Below are positions 39,241 to 52,289 of a stretch of 64,000 bases of DNA, one piece after another (within the stretch, counting starts at the first letter, position 1; every line of letters begins with the position of its first letter). Under the pieces are notes generated by a model. The model did no database searches. It saw nothing but the letters and a program-made list of their open reading frames with translations, and had not been told where the DNA came from. Source of the DNA: Octopus sinensis (lineage: Eukaryota); contig NC_043025.1 in NCBI RefSeq assembly GCF_006345805.1, positions 7,440,001-7,504,000 of the forward strand, read 5' to 3'. The position numbers and the translations under genes are program-made.

Positions 39241-39987
39241 GCTGAGTTTCCTCGACGACGACGAAGACAACAACAACAACAACAGCAGCGGCACCACCGC
39301 CGGCAGCAGCAGTTCGAAGGGACAGGACCATCCCTGGCTGTGGCAGCCCTCAAAGCAGTCGTGTGAGCACCGCCCTTCAGCCAGTGCCACCACAAGTAGT
39401 AGTGGTGGTAGTGTTGGCAGCGCTATCACCACGACCACCACCAATAATAATAATAATGGTAATAATAATAATAATAATAACAATGGTAATAATAGTAATA
39501 ATGGTAATAATAACAATAATAATAATAATAATAATAGTAATAATAATAGTAATAATAATAGTAATAATAATAACAACAGCAGCAATACTAATTTGAATAG
39601 CAGTAGAGGTGTCGGTAGTGGTGGTGCTAACAACAATAGCAACAACAGCGGAGGAAGCAGTAGTGGTAATGTTTGCAGCGGGAGTTCACTTGGCAGCAGC
39701 GGTGGGCCTGGAGGCAGTGGCAGCGGAGGGGGAGGCGGTGTCGGTGGTGGTGTTGGTGGTGGCGGCAGCGTTGCTGTTAGTGGTGGTGGTGGTATTGGTA
39801 CTGCTGGCGGCGGTGGTGGTGGCGGTAGCAGCGTCGGTGGTGGTGGTGGTGGCAGCGGTATTGGCAGTGGTGCTGCTGGTGGCAGCGGATCCACTAGCAG
39901 CGGTAGCGGTAGTGGTAGCAGCGGAAGTGGCGGGAACCTAGCCCCGCCGTCCATAACCCCTGCAAGGTCATCAAAGAAGGCCAAACT
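39241..39987 (+). CDS. SUPT7L: SUPT7L C-terminal cassette exon B (LSFLDDDED...poly-Asn, Gly/Ser-rich...PPSITPARSSKKAK)
   Basis: 747 nt, stop-free, phase 2/2; AAACT|gtaagt donor identical to exon A; A-rich, weak acceptor. Confidence 0.7.
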
Positions 39988-40604
39988 GTAAGTTGACACA
40001 CCCTGTTCCCCTTGTCCCTTCCTCTCCTTCATTTCTCGTTTACTTCTTCTTTTTCTTCATCCTGTTCCTCTTTCCGTACACCCACTCCCCACCCTCACTG
40101 TTCTTGTTTTTTTTCTGTTTAGCTCCATCCCCATCATTTCTCTATTTGTGTCCCCTGATTGCCCTTTTCATCGTCCCTTATATGAAATATCGTAGTTATT
40201 CTCTCTCTCACCTTTGCTATCTCATTATTTCTCTATCTTTCTCTTGACTTACCTGTCTCTGAGTCAGTCTCCCTCTCTCTCAGGTAACTCATTTTTTTTA
40301 TCCGTGTATTTTTCCCTTCCCCTACTACCAACCCCTTCTTCAACTCTCTCTCTCTCTCACACACCTCTTCCTTCTCTTCTAATATGAAATATCTAGTTGT
40401 CTGAGAGATGTATACTCTTTGCTCTTTACTCTTTTACTTGTTTCAGTCATTTGACTGCTGCCATGCTGGAGCACCGCCTTTAGTCGAGCAACTCGACCCC
40501 GGGACTTATTCTATCGGTCTCTTTTGCCGAACCGCTAAGTAATGGGGATGTAAACACACCAGCAACGGTTGTCAAGCAATGCTAGGTGGACAACACACAC
40601 ACGC

Positions 40605-40642
<38 letters not shown>

Positions 40643-40739
40643 CGGGAAGCTTTATGAAAATAAACAAAAGACGAAGGCAGGTGGAAAACAAACGAACAAT
40701 TGTATTAGTATGGCGCTCAGGAAATATAAATAAAACAAG

Positions 40740-40777
40740 TCTTTAACGTTTCGAGCCTACGCTCTTCAACAGAAAGA
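40740..40777 (-). ncRNA. Minimal hammerhead-like motif, variant core CUGUUGA
   Basis: Same architecture as 10274-10311. Confidence 0.45.
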
Positions 40778-41844
40778 TACACAGAGAGAGAAAAACACAG
40801 AAAGAAGGAGAGAAAAAAAATGCGTGCAGTAGCTAACGAATCAACGTGGCGATCTGATTTCGGCCAGAGGTCAAAGATATATATATACGACGGGCTTCTT
40901 TCAGTTTCCGTCTACCAAATCCACTCACAAGGCTTTGGTTGACCCAAGGCTATAGTAGAAGACACTTGCCCAAGGTGCCACGCAGTGGGACTGAACCCGG
41001 AACCATGTGGTTGGTAAGCAAGCTACTTACCACACAGCCACTCCTGTGCCTAAGAAACAAACACAAACTGGTTGACCATATTTTGCTGTCTTCCCTCCTC
41101 TCTACCGCAAATATTATTTTTCTACACACTCTACAAGTACTTTACTCATCTTTTTACTTATCACACAACAGCCCCCACTCCCCCCTCTCTCTCTCTCTGA
41201 GCTGTGATATCCGAAGTCCATGAAGTCTATGTTGATAAATTGGAAAAAAAACAAAACACCATTTGAATTGTCGTGTATAACAAACCAACTGCTGAGCTTT
41301 ATGTGTGTGTGTGTGTATGTGTAAAATATGTGTAGAGTTGTATGTTTAGCTACCATACGAACAAAACTGTTAGTTTCATGTAAGCCGGTGTTTACCTACA
41401 CTCATCAGACGTGTCTGCTCAGATCTAAAATTTAATGCTTTTATGCAGCTCATTCTGTTCATTTGAATTGTTGTGTATAACAAACCAACTGTTGAGCTTT
41501 ATGTGTGTATGTGTAAAATATGTGTATAGTTGTATGTTTAGCTATCATACAAACAAAACAGGTTATGTAACTGTTAGTTTCATGTAAGCTGGTGTTTACC
41601 TACACTCATCAGACATGTCTGCTCAGACCTAAAATTTAATGCTTTTATGCAGCTCATTCTGTTCATATGATTCTAATATTGAGGGTTCGTATATTTTGGC
41701 TTTTAAACCAGAACCAATTACAAGTGTGAGTATATATCTTGAGTTGTGTGTGTGTTTGTTTTATATGTTATTCTGTGTGTGTGTTTGTTTTATATGTTAT
41801 TCTGTGTGTGTGTCTGTACATTCATGTGCATCTATCTATGTCTC

Positions 41845-41856
41845 TGTCTATCTTAC

Positions 41857-41938
<82 letters not shown>

Positions 41939-41962
41939 GTCTGTCTTATCTGTCTATCTTAC

Positions 41963-42050
<88 letters not shown>

Positions 42051-42086
42051 TTATCTGTCTGTCTGTCTATTTTATCTGTCTATCTG

Positions 42087-42181
<95 letters not shown>

Positions 42182-42295
42182 GCCTGTCTGTCTGTCTATC
42201 TTACCTATCTATCTATCTTATCTGTCTATCTTATCTGTCTATCTCTATCTATCTACCTGTCTATCTGTCTATCTATCTGTCTATCTATCTCCCTG

Positions 42296-42354
<59 letters not shown>

Positions 42355-42480
42355 GTCTTCTCTGTCTATCTGTCTTCTCTGTCTATCTTATCTGTCTGTC
42401 TGTCTTCTCTGTCTATCTGTCTGATCTGTCTATCCTGTCTGTCTATCTATCTATCTATCTGTCTTGATGTCTGTCTGTCT
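41845..42480. repeat. (TATC)n/(TGTC)n compound microsatellite
   Basis: Direct reading. Confidence 0.95.
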
Positions 42481-43794
42481 GTCCCTCTCAAATGCTCTCT
42501 TTATATATGTGTATACTTATCAGTCTATCTACATCTACTTGTTTGTTGTATTACACTTTTATTTTCTTTGATGTGTTTTTTTTTTTAATGTTGTTAGAAT
42601 GTTGTATTCACCACCAGAAGATTGTGGTTTCAATTCCTGGCTGCTGTAGTGTTAGACAGATGATGTGGTTGTTATGGTTGGATAGTTTTGATTACACTGT
42701 GTAACAAAAGTTTAATTTTCATTGTCTTTGGTCAGTAAGAGTTATTTTTTTATTCTCTTCTATCCAGAAATCAAAGGAAATTAATACTATTCCCTTGAAA
42801 CTTTGCTTTTGTCATCTGGACATCAGTGTTTGGAAACTGAACTAATGGATTCAGTGCTGAGTTGCTGAAGGAGAAATATTATTACAGCAAATATTCTGCT
42901 CAATACCACAGATTCGCTTGTCAGTTGCTTAACTGTAAACACTTGAGCATGTCCCTTAGTAGCTGATAATGTGTGCATCTCTGATGACGAGCATCGTAGC
43001 CATGTGTTGAGAGAGATTCTTTGGGGTTTGAATAAATGTAAGAAAAGCAAAAATCAAAGGAAGTTACTACTGTTCCCTTGAAACTTTGCTTTTGTGACCT
43101 GGACATAAATGTTTTGAAACTGACCTATTTTCCATTACATTTCAGACAGATTCAGTGCTGAGTTGCTGAAGCAGAAATATCGTTATAGCAAATATTCTGC
43201 TCAATATCACAGATTTGCTTGTCAGTTGCTTGACCATAACCAGTTGAGCACACCACAGATTTGCTTGTCAGTTGCTTGACCTTAACCAGTTGAGCATGTC
43301 CCTCAGTGGATGACAATATGTGCACCTCTGAGCAGGAGTGGTGGTTGAGCACAACAGCCATGTGTTGAGAGGGATTCTTTGGGATTTGTCCCTTGCCTGA
43401 CCATAACCATTTGAGCATGTCCCTTAGTGGCTGACAATATGTGCATCTCTGATCATGAGCAGGAATACTGGTGGGAGCATCATAGCATTGTGTTGAGAGG
43501 GATTCTTTGGGGTTTGAATAAATGTAAGAAAAGCAAAGTTGGAAGGAAATATTAGCCAATTTTCATACTTTCTGGAGGTAAGCAAACAGGAAATAAGAGC
43601 TGCTACCCAAGGACAAAAACCATGTTACCCAGTATTATAGGTCTGTGTGGCCCAGTGGTTTTGGGTGTTGCACTCATGGTTGCATGACTGTGGTTTCGAA
43701 TCCTGGACAGGGCGATGCATTGTATTCCTTAGCAAAACACTACATTGGTAATGATGGCAAGCATTGCTTTTCTAACTGACTTTCCATATCTCGC

Positions 43795-43870
43795 ATGCAG
43801 AAGCATGGATTATGCTGGACCGGACACCTTGTTCGGATGAATGCTCGGATGATCCCTAAGCAGATGCTCA
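43795..43870 (+). mobile_element. RTE LINE ORF2 C-terminal remnant
   Basis: LCWTGHLVRMNARMIPKQML resembles the RTE motif LRWAGHVVRM...PK.L. Confidence 0.6.
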
Positions 43871-44352
43871 GTGCACGGGATGTGTAAGAGCCTTCTGAAG
43901 CATTTGCTCTCAAAAGCCTGGATTCTTCACTTCATGCCATCTGTAAGAGTCTGGCCCTTGCACCATTGCTGAAGGATTGACGTCACCAGGATCTTGTACA
44001 CAAAGACCCGTGCCCTGCGTACGAGATGCATAATAGCCTTCTGATGCACTTGTCCTCAAATACCTGGATACTTCACTTCATGTGAACCATGTGGTTGGGA
44101 AGCAAGCTTCTTACCACATAGCCAGGCCTGTACCTATGTGTGTGTGTGTTTCTAAATCTTTGTATATGTATGTTTGAATAAGAATGCATGTGTGTGTGTG
44201 TGTTTCGTATTGGAAGTCACTTGACCCTGTTATCTCCCCTACTGTCCCTCTCGCGTCTGACCACTGTCCGAAGTCAGGACACCGTGATAGATCGTTAGCT
44301 CCTACACACATTTTTTTCTCTCCTTGTTTCTCTCCTTGTTTTTTTCTGTGTA

Positions 44353-44390
44353 TCTTTCTGTCGAAGAGCATAGGCTCGAAACGTTAAAGA
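44353..44390 (+). ncRNA. Minimal hammerhead-like motif, variant core CUGUCGA
   Basis: TCTTT-CTGTCGA-A-GAGC-ATAG-GCTC-GAAACGT-T-AAAGA. Confidence 0.45.
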
Positions 44391-44676
44391 CTTTTTCTAT
44401 TTCTATTCCTGAGCGCCATACTAATACATTTGTTTGTTTGTACTCCACCTGCCTTTGTCTTTTGTTTATTTTCGTAAACTTTCCCGTTATATCATCATCA
44501 TCATCATCATCATCGTCATTTAACATCCGTTTTCCATGCTAGCATGGGTTGGACGATTTGACTGAGATCTGGCGAACCAGACTCCAATCTGATCTGGCAG
44601 AGTTTCTACAGCTGGATGCCCTTCCTAACGCCAACCACTCCTAGAGTGTAGTGGGTGCTTTTACGTGCCACCAGCA

Positions 44677-44741
<65 letters not shown>

Positions 44742-46047
44742 TTATTTGTGTGTATGCAAATATCTGTATATCTGAGTGTATGTGTGTTTATATATCATCA
44801 TCGTCATAATTTAACCTCCGTGTGTTCCATACTGTCATAAGTTGGACCCTATGATAAGCTCTGATGGGCCCAACGACTGCATCGATCTCTACTGTCTGCT
44901 ATGGTTTAGTTTCTATGGCTGGATGCTCTTCCTAACACCAACCACTTCACAGCATGCACTAGTTACTCTTTTTCGTTTCCCCAGTACTCGTGAGGTTACC
45001 ATGCAGCTTACAATGCTATGGTCACCTAACGTGAGAGTGAGACTCACTCTCACACACACACACACACACACACATGTAATAGAATAATAATGAAGTCAAA
45101 CCAAATAGTAATACTTTGAAATCATTTAGTACATACTGTTTTACTTGTTTCAGTCATTTGACTGCGGCCATGCTGGAGCACTGCTTTTAGTCGAGCAAAT
45201 CGACCCCGGGACTTATTCTTTGTAAGCCCAGTACTTATTCTATCGATCTCTTTAGCCGAACCGCTAAGTGACGGGGACGTAAACACACCAGCATCGGTTG
45301 TCAAGCAATACTAGGGGGACAAACACAGACACACAAACTTATACATATATACATATATACGACAGGCTTCTTTCAGTTTCCGTCTACCAAATCCACTCAC
45401 AAGGCATTGGTCGGCCCGGGGCTATAGCAGAAGACACTTGCCCAAGATGCCACGCAGTGGGACTGAACCCGGAACCATGTGGTTGGTTAGCAAGCTACTT
45501 ACCACACAGCCACTCCTGCGCCTATGTGTTTCAGGTTTGCATGATATACAGTAGGAAATGCATCCGTTACGTAAACCTTTCCTCGGTTAAAGTATTAAAT
45601 AAACACGATACATTTTTAGTTTCACATCAGCAGAGAGTTACAAGTGTGTTTCTAGGAACAAGGTTTTCATGTTTTTAAAGTTAGTTTGATAAATAAAGGG
45701 AGGTAATGAATGAGGATGCTGTAGTAATAATAATGAAATTATTGTATACAGTGCTCAGGTGCACCACAACTTGTCAGAAAGTGCGTATAAAGTATATGCA
45801 GTAGTGTACAAATGTCTGGAAAGCGAACAATGTGTCCTTGGGTTAACCCTTTCACAATGCTCAGCTACCCTAACATTTAACCTTTCTAACTATAAACCCT
45901 ATTGTCTGTATATTAACCCCTCTTATGACCCCTCAACTTTTCACGTTCTCAACTCTCTTTTCTCATGTTAACCCTTCCAATATCTTGAGTATACTGTTGC
46001 ATATTTACTGCATATTAACCCTTTCTCACCTCTCAGTTACTGCAGGA

Positions 46048-47125
46048 TATCATCATCATCATCATCATCATCGTTTAGCGTCCGCTTTCCATGCTAGCAT
46101 GGGTTGGACGGGTCAACTGGGGTCTGTGAAGCTGGAAGGCTTCGTCAGGCCCAGTCAGATCTGGCAGTGTTTCTACGGCTGGATGCCCTTCCTAACGCCA
46201 ACCACTCCGCGAGTGTAGTGGGTGTTTTTTACGTGCCACCTGCACAGGTGCCAGACAGAGCTGGCGAACGGCCACGAACGGATGGTGCTTTTACGTGTCA
46301 CCGGCACGGGGCCAGGCGATGCTGGCAACGGACACGAACGGATGGTGCTTTTACATGCCACCGACACGGGGCCAGACAGAGCTGGCAAACGGCCACGAAC
46401 GGACGGTGCTTTTACGTGTCACTGGCACGGGGGCCAGCCGAGGCTGGCAACGGATGCGAACGGATGGTGCTTTTACGTGCCACCGACACGGTTGCCAGAC
46501 AGAGCTGGCAAACGGCCACAAGTGGACGGTGCTTTTACGTGTCACCGGCACGGGGGCCAGCCGAGGCTGGCAACGGACACGAACGGATGGTGCTTTTACG
46601 TGCCACCGACACGGGCTAGACAAAGCTGGCAAACGGCCACGAACGGATGGTGCTTTTACGTGCCACCGACACGGGGCTAGACAAAGCTGGCAAACGGCCA
46701 CGAACAGACGGTGCTTTTACGTGTCACCGGCACGGGGCCAGGCGAGGCTGGCAACGAACACGAACGGATGGTGCTTTTACGTGCCACCAACACGGGGGCC
46801 AGACAGAGCTGGCAAACGGCCACGAGCGAATGGTGCTTTTACGTATCACCGGCACGGGTGCCAGACGAGGCTGACAGCGGACACGAACGGATGGGTCACT
46901 TAACCCCTGCATTCTGATATATGATTTGATTTTGATTGTTCTCACTGGTTTTGCCGGGTCTTCTCACGTACAGCATACTTCCATAGGTCTTGGTCTCTGG
47001 TCATTTCCTTGGTGAGACCTAGAGTTCGAAGGTCGTGCTTCACCACCTCGACCCAGGTTTTCCTGGGTCTACCTCTTCCACAGGTCCCCTCAACTGCCAG
47101 GGTGTGGCACTTTTTCACACACCTA
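46048..47125 (-). mobile_element. 5'-truncated RTE-clade LINE with ~11 tandem ~62-bp units in the 3' UTR
   Basis: - strand VEGTCGRGRPRKTWVEVVKHDL...DQDLWK (RTE C-terminus); (GAT)n tail. Confidence 0.85.
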
Positions 47126-49959
47126 TAACTTTTCTAAACTCTAAACCCTGTTTTCTCTATATTCACTAACCCATTTCACAGCCATCAGCCCCTACCACTT
47201 AAAGCCTTTCTAACTAAAAACCCTGTTGTCTATGTTAACCCTTTCATAGTACTCAATTACTGTAACACTTAACATGGCTAATATTACACATAAACTCTGT
47301 GTTTGTGCTAACCTGCTCGCATCTTTCAGCTTTCTAACTATAAACCCTATTTTCTGTGGGTTAACCCTTTTGCAGTTCTCAGCTGTCTACTCTGTATAAC
47401 ATTCCTGACTATTTTCAATTAGTTAACCCTGTATATTATGATCAGTATATTAACCTTTTCCCATCCCTCAACTTATTCCGTGTAACTTTTCTATCCCTAA
47501 GCTTACCAAATATAACTTTTCTATCTATAAACCCTGATTTCTTTTGTTAACCCTTTCACAAGCTCAGCTATAAGCAGTACAGCCAGTGTTTTTGCTTATC
47601 AACCCAATCTCATCTCTCATGTAACCCTTCTTAACTGTAACCCTGCTTTTCTCACTGTTTACCCATTTCAGAGCTCTCAACTCCTAACATATGCACCCTT
47701 TTTAATTAAAGACCCTGAGTTAACCCTTTAACATCACTGAGCTACTGTAACATGTAGCATAGCTAATATTACTTGTAAACTCTGTTTGTTTGCTATGTGT
47801 TAACCCTCTGCCAGCCTTTAGCTTTCTAGCTATAAACCCTGTTGTCTGTATATTAATTCTTTCACATCTCTCAGCTAACCCATGTGGCTTTTCTATCACT
47901 AAACCTCACCAAATATTACTTTCCTATCTATAAACCCTGTTTGTTTTCTGTGTTAACCCTCTGACAGTCTCCAGCTTTCTAACTATTGGCCCTATTTCTT
48001 GTGGGTTAACCATAGCATAGCTAATATTACTTGTAAACCCTGTTTGTTTGCTACGTGTTAACCCTCTGCCAGCCTTTAGCCTTTCTAGCTATAAACCCTG
48101 TTTTCTGTGTGTTAACCCTTTTAAACCCCTCAGCTGTCTACTGTATATAACCTTTCTCCTGATTTTCAGTTAGTTAACCCTGTAACCCTTTCACATCTCT
48201 CAGCTAAACCATGTGGCTTTTCTATCACTAAACCTCACCAAATATTACCATCTTATCTATAAACCCTGTTTGTTTTCTGTATTAACCCTCTGACAGTCTC
48301 CAGCTTTCTAACTATTGACCCTATTTTTTGTGGGTTAACCATTTCACTTTTTGCTGCTTCCTTTACCTGCATTTTGTTTAATTGGTAAACCTATCCTTAA
48401 TTCATTAAACCTCGTTTCTCATTTTCTTGTCCCTTCTCTTATTTTTGTTTTTAATTTGAAATACAAGATCAGTAAATCTGAAATTTGTTTTATAAAAGAA
48501 AATTAATAATGGGAGAGGCAGAGATATTGATAAAATTGTTATTTGAAGTTGTACCAGAATTATATTTTAAAGAAATATCAAATAAAAATTATTATCATTA
48601 AGTAAAATTTTAAAAAGTTTTCATAATTTTATTAATCAAACGAAAAACTTAAGTTTAATTTTTAAAAGGTGTTTCAATTTTTTTCTTATATTATTAAGCA
48701 TTATTAAGACTGTATTTAATCAGCTTGTTACCATATTTCTGTTGAAATACGCTACTGTTGTTTAAATTATTTTTCAAAATGGTGAAGAATTTAACCCTTT
48801 CGTTACTGTATTTATTTTGAGATGCTCTGCGTTTCTTTCAATTACTTTAAATATAACAAAGAATTTAGTAAAATAACTTAGTTATCATTCAGCTAGTGTT
48901 AGTAACTTAAATTGTGACTAAGGCTTGGTGGAAGATTTTAATTCAAAACTTAAGAAAACAAGACATTTGTACTACAGAATCAGAGCTGGTTTCAGCCGGG
49001 TTGTTAACGAAAGGGCTAAATAAAATAACTTGGTCATTATTAAGCTGGTGTATGGAGCACAAACTAACATGAAATTTTTATGGAAGGTTTTAATGTAGAT
49101 CAATTTAAATCTTTTAGTTGCTCTGTGTTTCTTTCAATTACTTTAAATATAATAAAGAATTTAGTAAAATAACTTAGTTATCATTCAGCTAGTGTTAGGA
49201 ACTTAAATTGTGACTAAGGTTTGGTGGACGATTTTAATTCAAAACTTACGAAAACAAGACATTTGTACTACAGAACCAGGGGTGGTTTCAGCCAGGTTGG
49301 TAATGAAAGGGTTAAGGCAGTGAGCTGGTAGAATTGCTAGCACAACGGGTGAAATGCTTAGCAGTATTTCATCTGTTTTTACATTCTGAGTTCAAATTCC
49401 ACAGAGGTCGACTTTACTTTTCATCTTTTGAGGGCTAATGAAATAAGTACCAGTCAATTGCTGGGGGTCGATGTAATCGACTAGTCGCCTCCCACCAAAT
49501 TTCAGGCTTTGTGCCTATAGCAGAAAGGATTATTAAGCTGGGTTTTGGAACATAAAAGAAACTTTGATGGAAGATTTAAATTTAGATCACTTTAACCCTT
49601 TAGATACCATATTTCTATTGAAATTATTCTGCCTTTGTCTTAATTAATTTTGAAGATAATGAAGAATTTAATATTAGTACCTTAGATGTTATTAAAATGG
49701 TCTTTAAAAATACCCAAGAATAATTCTATTTAAACATTATTTAGAACCGATAACACCACACAAAAGCAATATTTGACCATTATTGTAACATTAAGCACCA
49801 ATTTAAGCTTTATAATCTGGGATTTATTTGGAATTTCTCTGATTATTTTTAAGAATAGCAACATTATTTGAACAAATATATAATTGTCTTTTCCTTTTTT
49901 CTTAATCTTTTTTTTTTTTTTTTGGTTCTCTATTTTCGTTTTGGGTTGTTCCTTGAAAG

Positions 49960-50109
49960 GTCCAATTACATGGACAATGAAGAGACTGTGAATCTTCCCC
50001 GAGAGTCCAAGAGACAGAAATTGCATGATGATTCCATAGCAGACAGTTCTGCATCGACTCCACCTCCACCACCTCTGATTCCAATGAGAACTCCAAAGAG
50101 CAAAAAGGC
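49960..50109 (+). CDS. SUPT7L: SUPT7L C-terminal cassette exon C (SNYMDNEETVNLPRESKRQKLHDD...PPPLIPMRTPKSKK)
   Basis: T-rich tract plus aag acceptor; GC|gtaagg donor; 150 nt, phase 2/2. Confidence 0.75.
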
Positions 50110-50204
50110 GTAAGGAAATTTTGCAATTTCTTGGGGGTTTTTTGGGGTTTTTTTCTCTTTTTTTCTTGCAAAGGTGGCATGTGCCGGCAGAATCGTTAGC
50201 ATGG

Positions 50205-50217
50205 CACCTTTCATCAC

Positions 50218-50256
<39 letters not shown>

Positions 50257-50825
50257 TTAACGTCTGTTTTCTGCGCTAGCACGGGTTGGACAGTTCGACT
50301 GGGGTCTGGGAAGTCAGGGCTGCACCAGGCTCCAGTCTGATCTGGCAGTGTTTCTACAGCTGGATGCCCTTCCTAACGCCAACCACTCTGCGAGTGTAGT
50401 GGGTGCTTTTTACGTGCCACCTGCACAGGTGCCAGGGGGGTCTGGCATCGGCCACGATCGGTTGGTGCTTTTAACGTGCCACCGGCACAGAAGCCAGTCG
50501 AGGCGGCGCTGGCATCGGCCACGTTCGGATGGTGCTTTTTATGTGCCACCGGCACAGAAGCCAGTCGAGGCGGCGCTGTCATCGGCCACGTTCGGATGGT
50601 GCTTTTTATGTGCCACCGGCACAGAAGCCAGTCGAGGCGGCGCTGGCATCGGCCACGTTCGGATGGTGCTTTTTATGTGCCACCGGCACAGAAGCCAGTC
50701 GAGGCGGCGCTGGCATCGGCCACGTTCGGATGGTGCTTTTTATGTGCCACTGGCACAGAAGCCAGTCGAGGCGGCGCTGGCATCGGCCACGTTCGGATGG
50801 TGCTTTTTATGTGCCATCAACACAG
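50205..50825 (-). mobile_element. RTE 3' UTR fragment with ~7 tandem units
   Basis: Tail plus repeated atggtgctttttatgtgccaccggcacagaagccagtcgaggcggcgctggcatcggccacgttcgg. Confidence 0.8.
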
Positions 50826-51125
50826 GTATCACAACTACTATTTCCATTGATATTTGTTTCGATGTTATACAAAATTTGAAATCAGTTATCATTATTACCT
50901 CCGCCTTAACGAAGGTAGAGGTACTGTTTTCAGTTATGTTTGTTTGTCCGTGGATGGCTGCACCAGGCTCCAGTCTGATCTGGTAGAGTTTCTACAGCTG
51001 GATGCTCTTCCTAATGCCAACCACTCCGAGAGTGTAGTGGGTGCTTTTACGTGCCACCAGCACGAGGGCCAGTCAGACAGTACTGGCAACGGCCATGCTT
51101 AAGTAATGTTTTATATATATATATG

Positions 51126-51156
<31 letters not shown>

Positions 51157-51159
51157 ACA

Positions 51160-51850
51160 TTGTGTACAGTGCTCAGGTGCACTACAACTCATCGAAAGTG
51201 TATATATAATCAGGTGTAGTTTCGACAGATTTCGGAAAGCATGAGGGTCTTAAAGGATGCAGTGTCATGGCAGTCAACAACTGACGCAGGCAGTTTATTC
51301 CATGCTTCAGCAACTCTGAGCGTGAAAAAATGTTTCCAAAAGTCATGGGAGCTGTGTTGTTTTCTGACTTTGTAGGCATGTCCACGTGTGTTGGACACAT
51401 GGAGATCAAAAAGGTGTTCAGTGTTGTTGTTGGTGAGGTGGTTGATAACCTTGTGGGTGTTTACCAAGTCCGTCGCCAGACACCGGAGCTTCAGTGAATC
51501 CATGCCCAGGGAAACAAGGCGCTCAGAATATGGTAGGTGTCTGATGGAGGGTATGCGTTTGGTTGCACGTCTCTGGACAGATTCCAGGAGGTCAATGTTC
51601 TGAGCAAGATAGGGGTTCCAAACTGATGATGCGAATTCCAAGTGTGGTCGTACCATAGCTGTATACAGTTTTAAATAGATGGCTGGAGAGCGGCTAACAA
51701 AAGTCTTGCTGAGTGATGCCAAGACACCCTCGGCCTTCTTGACAATTTTAGAGATATGCTTTGTCCAACGCAAATCACTGCTGACAGTGATGCCTAGGTC
51801 ACGCTCGGAAGAGGATTTCTTGATATCAGTGTTGTGGAGGGAGTATGTGG
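51160..51850 (-). mobile_element. 5'-truncated CR1-clade LINE
   Basis: ORF 51210-51875: ERDLGITVSSDL.W..H, LYTAMVRPHLEFASSVWNPY, LESVQRRATK. Confidence 0.9.
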
Positions 51851-52289
51851 ACGCAGGGTTTTTTCTCATCATCATCGTTTAGCGTCCGCTTTCCATGCTA
51901 GCATGGGTTGGATGGTTCAACTGGGGTCTGGCAAGCCAGAAGGGTGCGCCAGGCCCAGTCTGATCTGGCAGTGTTTCTACGGTTGGATACCCTTCCTAAC
52001 GCCAACCACTCCATGAGTGTAGTGGGTGCTTTTTACGTGCCACCAGCACGGAGGCCAGTTGGGGCGGCGCTGGCAACGGCCACGTTCGGATGGTTCTCTT
52101 ACGTGCCACCAGCACTGGTATCACAGCTACAATTTCCATTGATGTTGATCGATTTCGATATATATATGGGATTGATGCAGTTGACATACCCCTGCACCCA
52201 AAAATTGCTGGCCTTGTGCCAAAATTATTATTATTATTATTATTAATATTATTTTTATTATTATTATTATTACAATTATAATTGTTATT

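Noticed and set aside
39190-40032. 280-aa Leu/Pro-rich ORF on the - strand
   Set aside because: Antisense shadow of the triplet-repeat cassette B.
41639-42588. Long LSIY-repeat ORFs
   Set aside because: Translations of (TATC)n.
46104-46945. Overlapping Arg/Gly/Thr-rich ORFs
   Set aside because: Read-through of the tandem units in an RTE 3' UTR.
27107-50113. In-frame TAA right after each cassette as proof of alternative last exons
   Set aside because: Any phase-2 GTAA donor gives NNG-TAA automatically, and no strong nearby AATAAA follows, so it is not evidence by itself.
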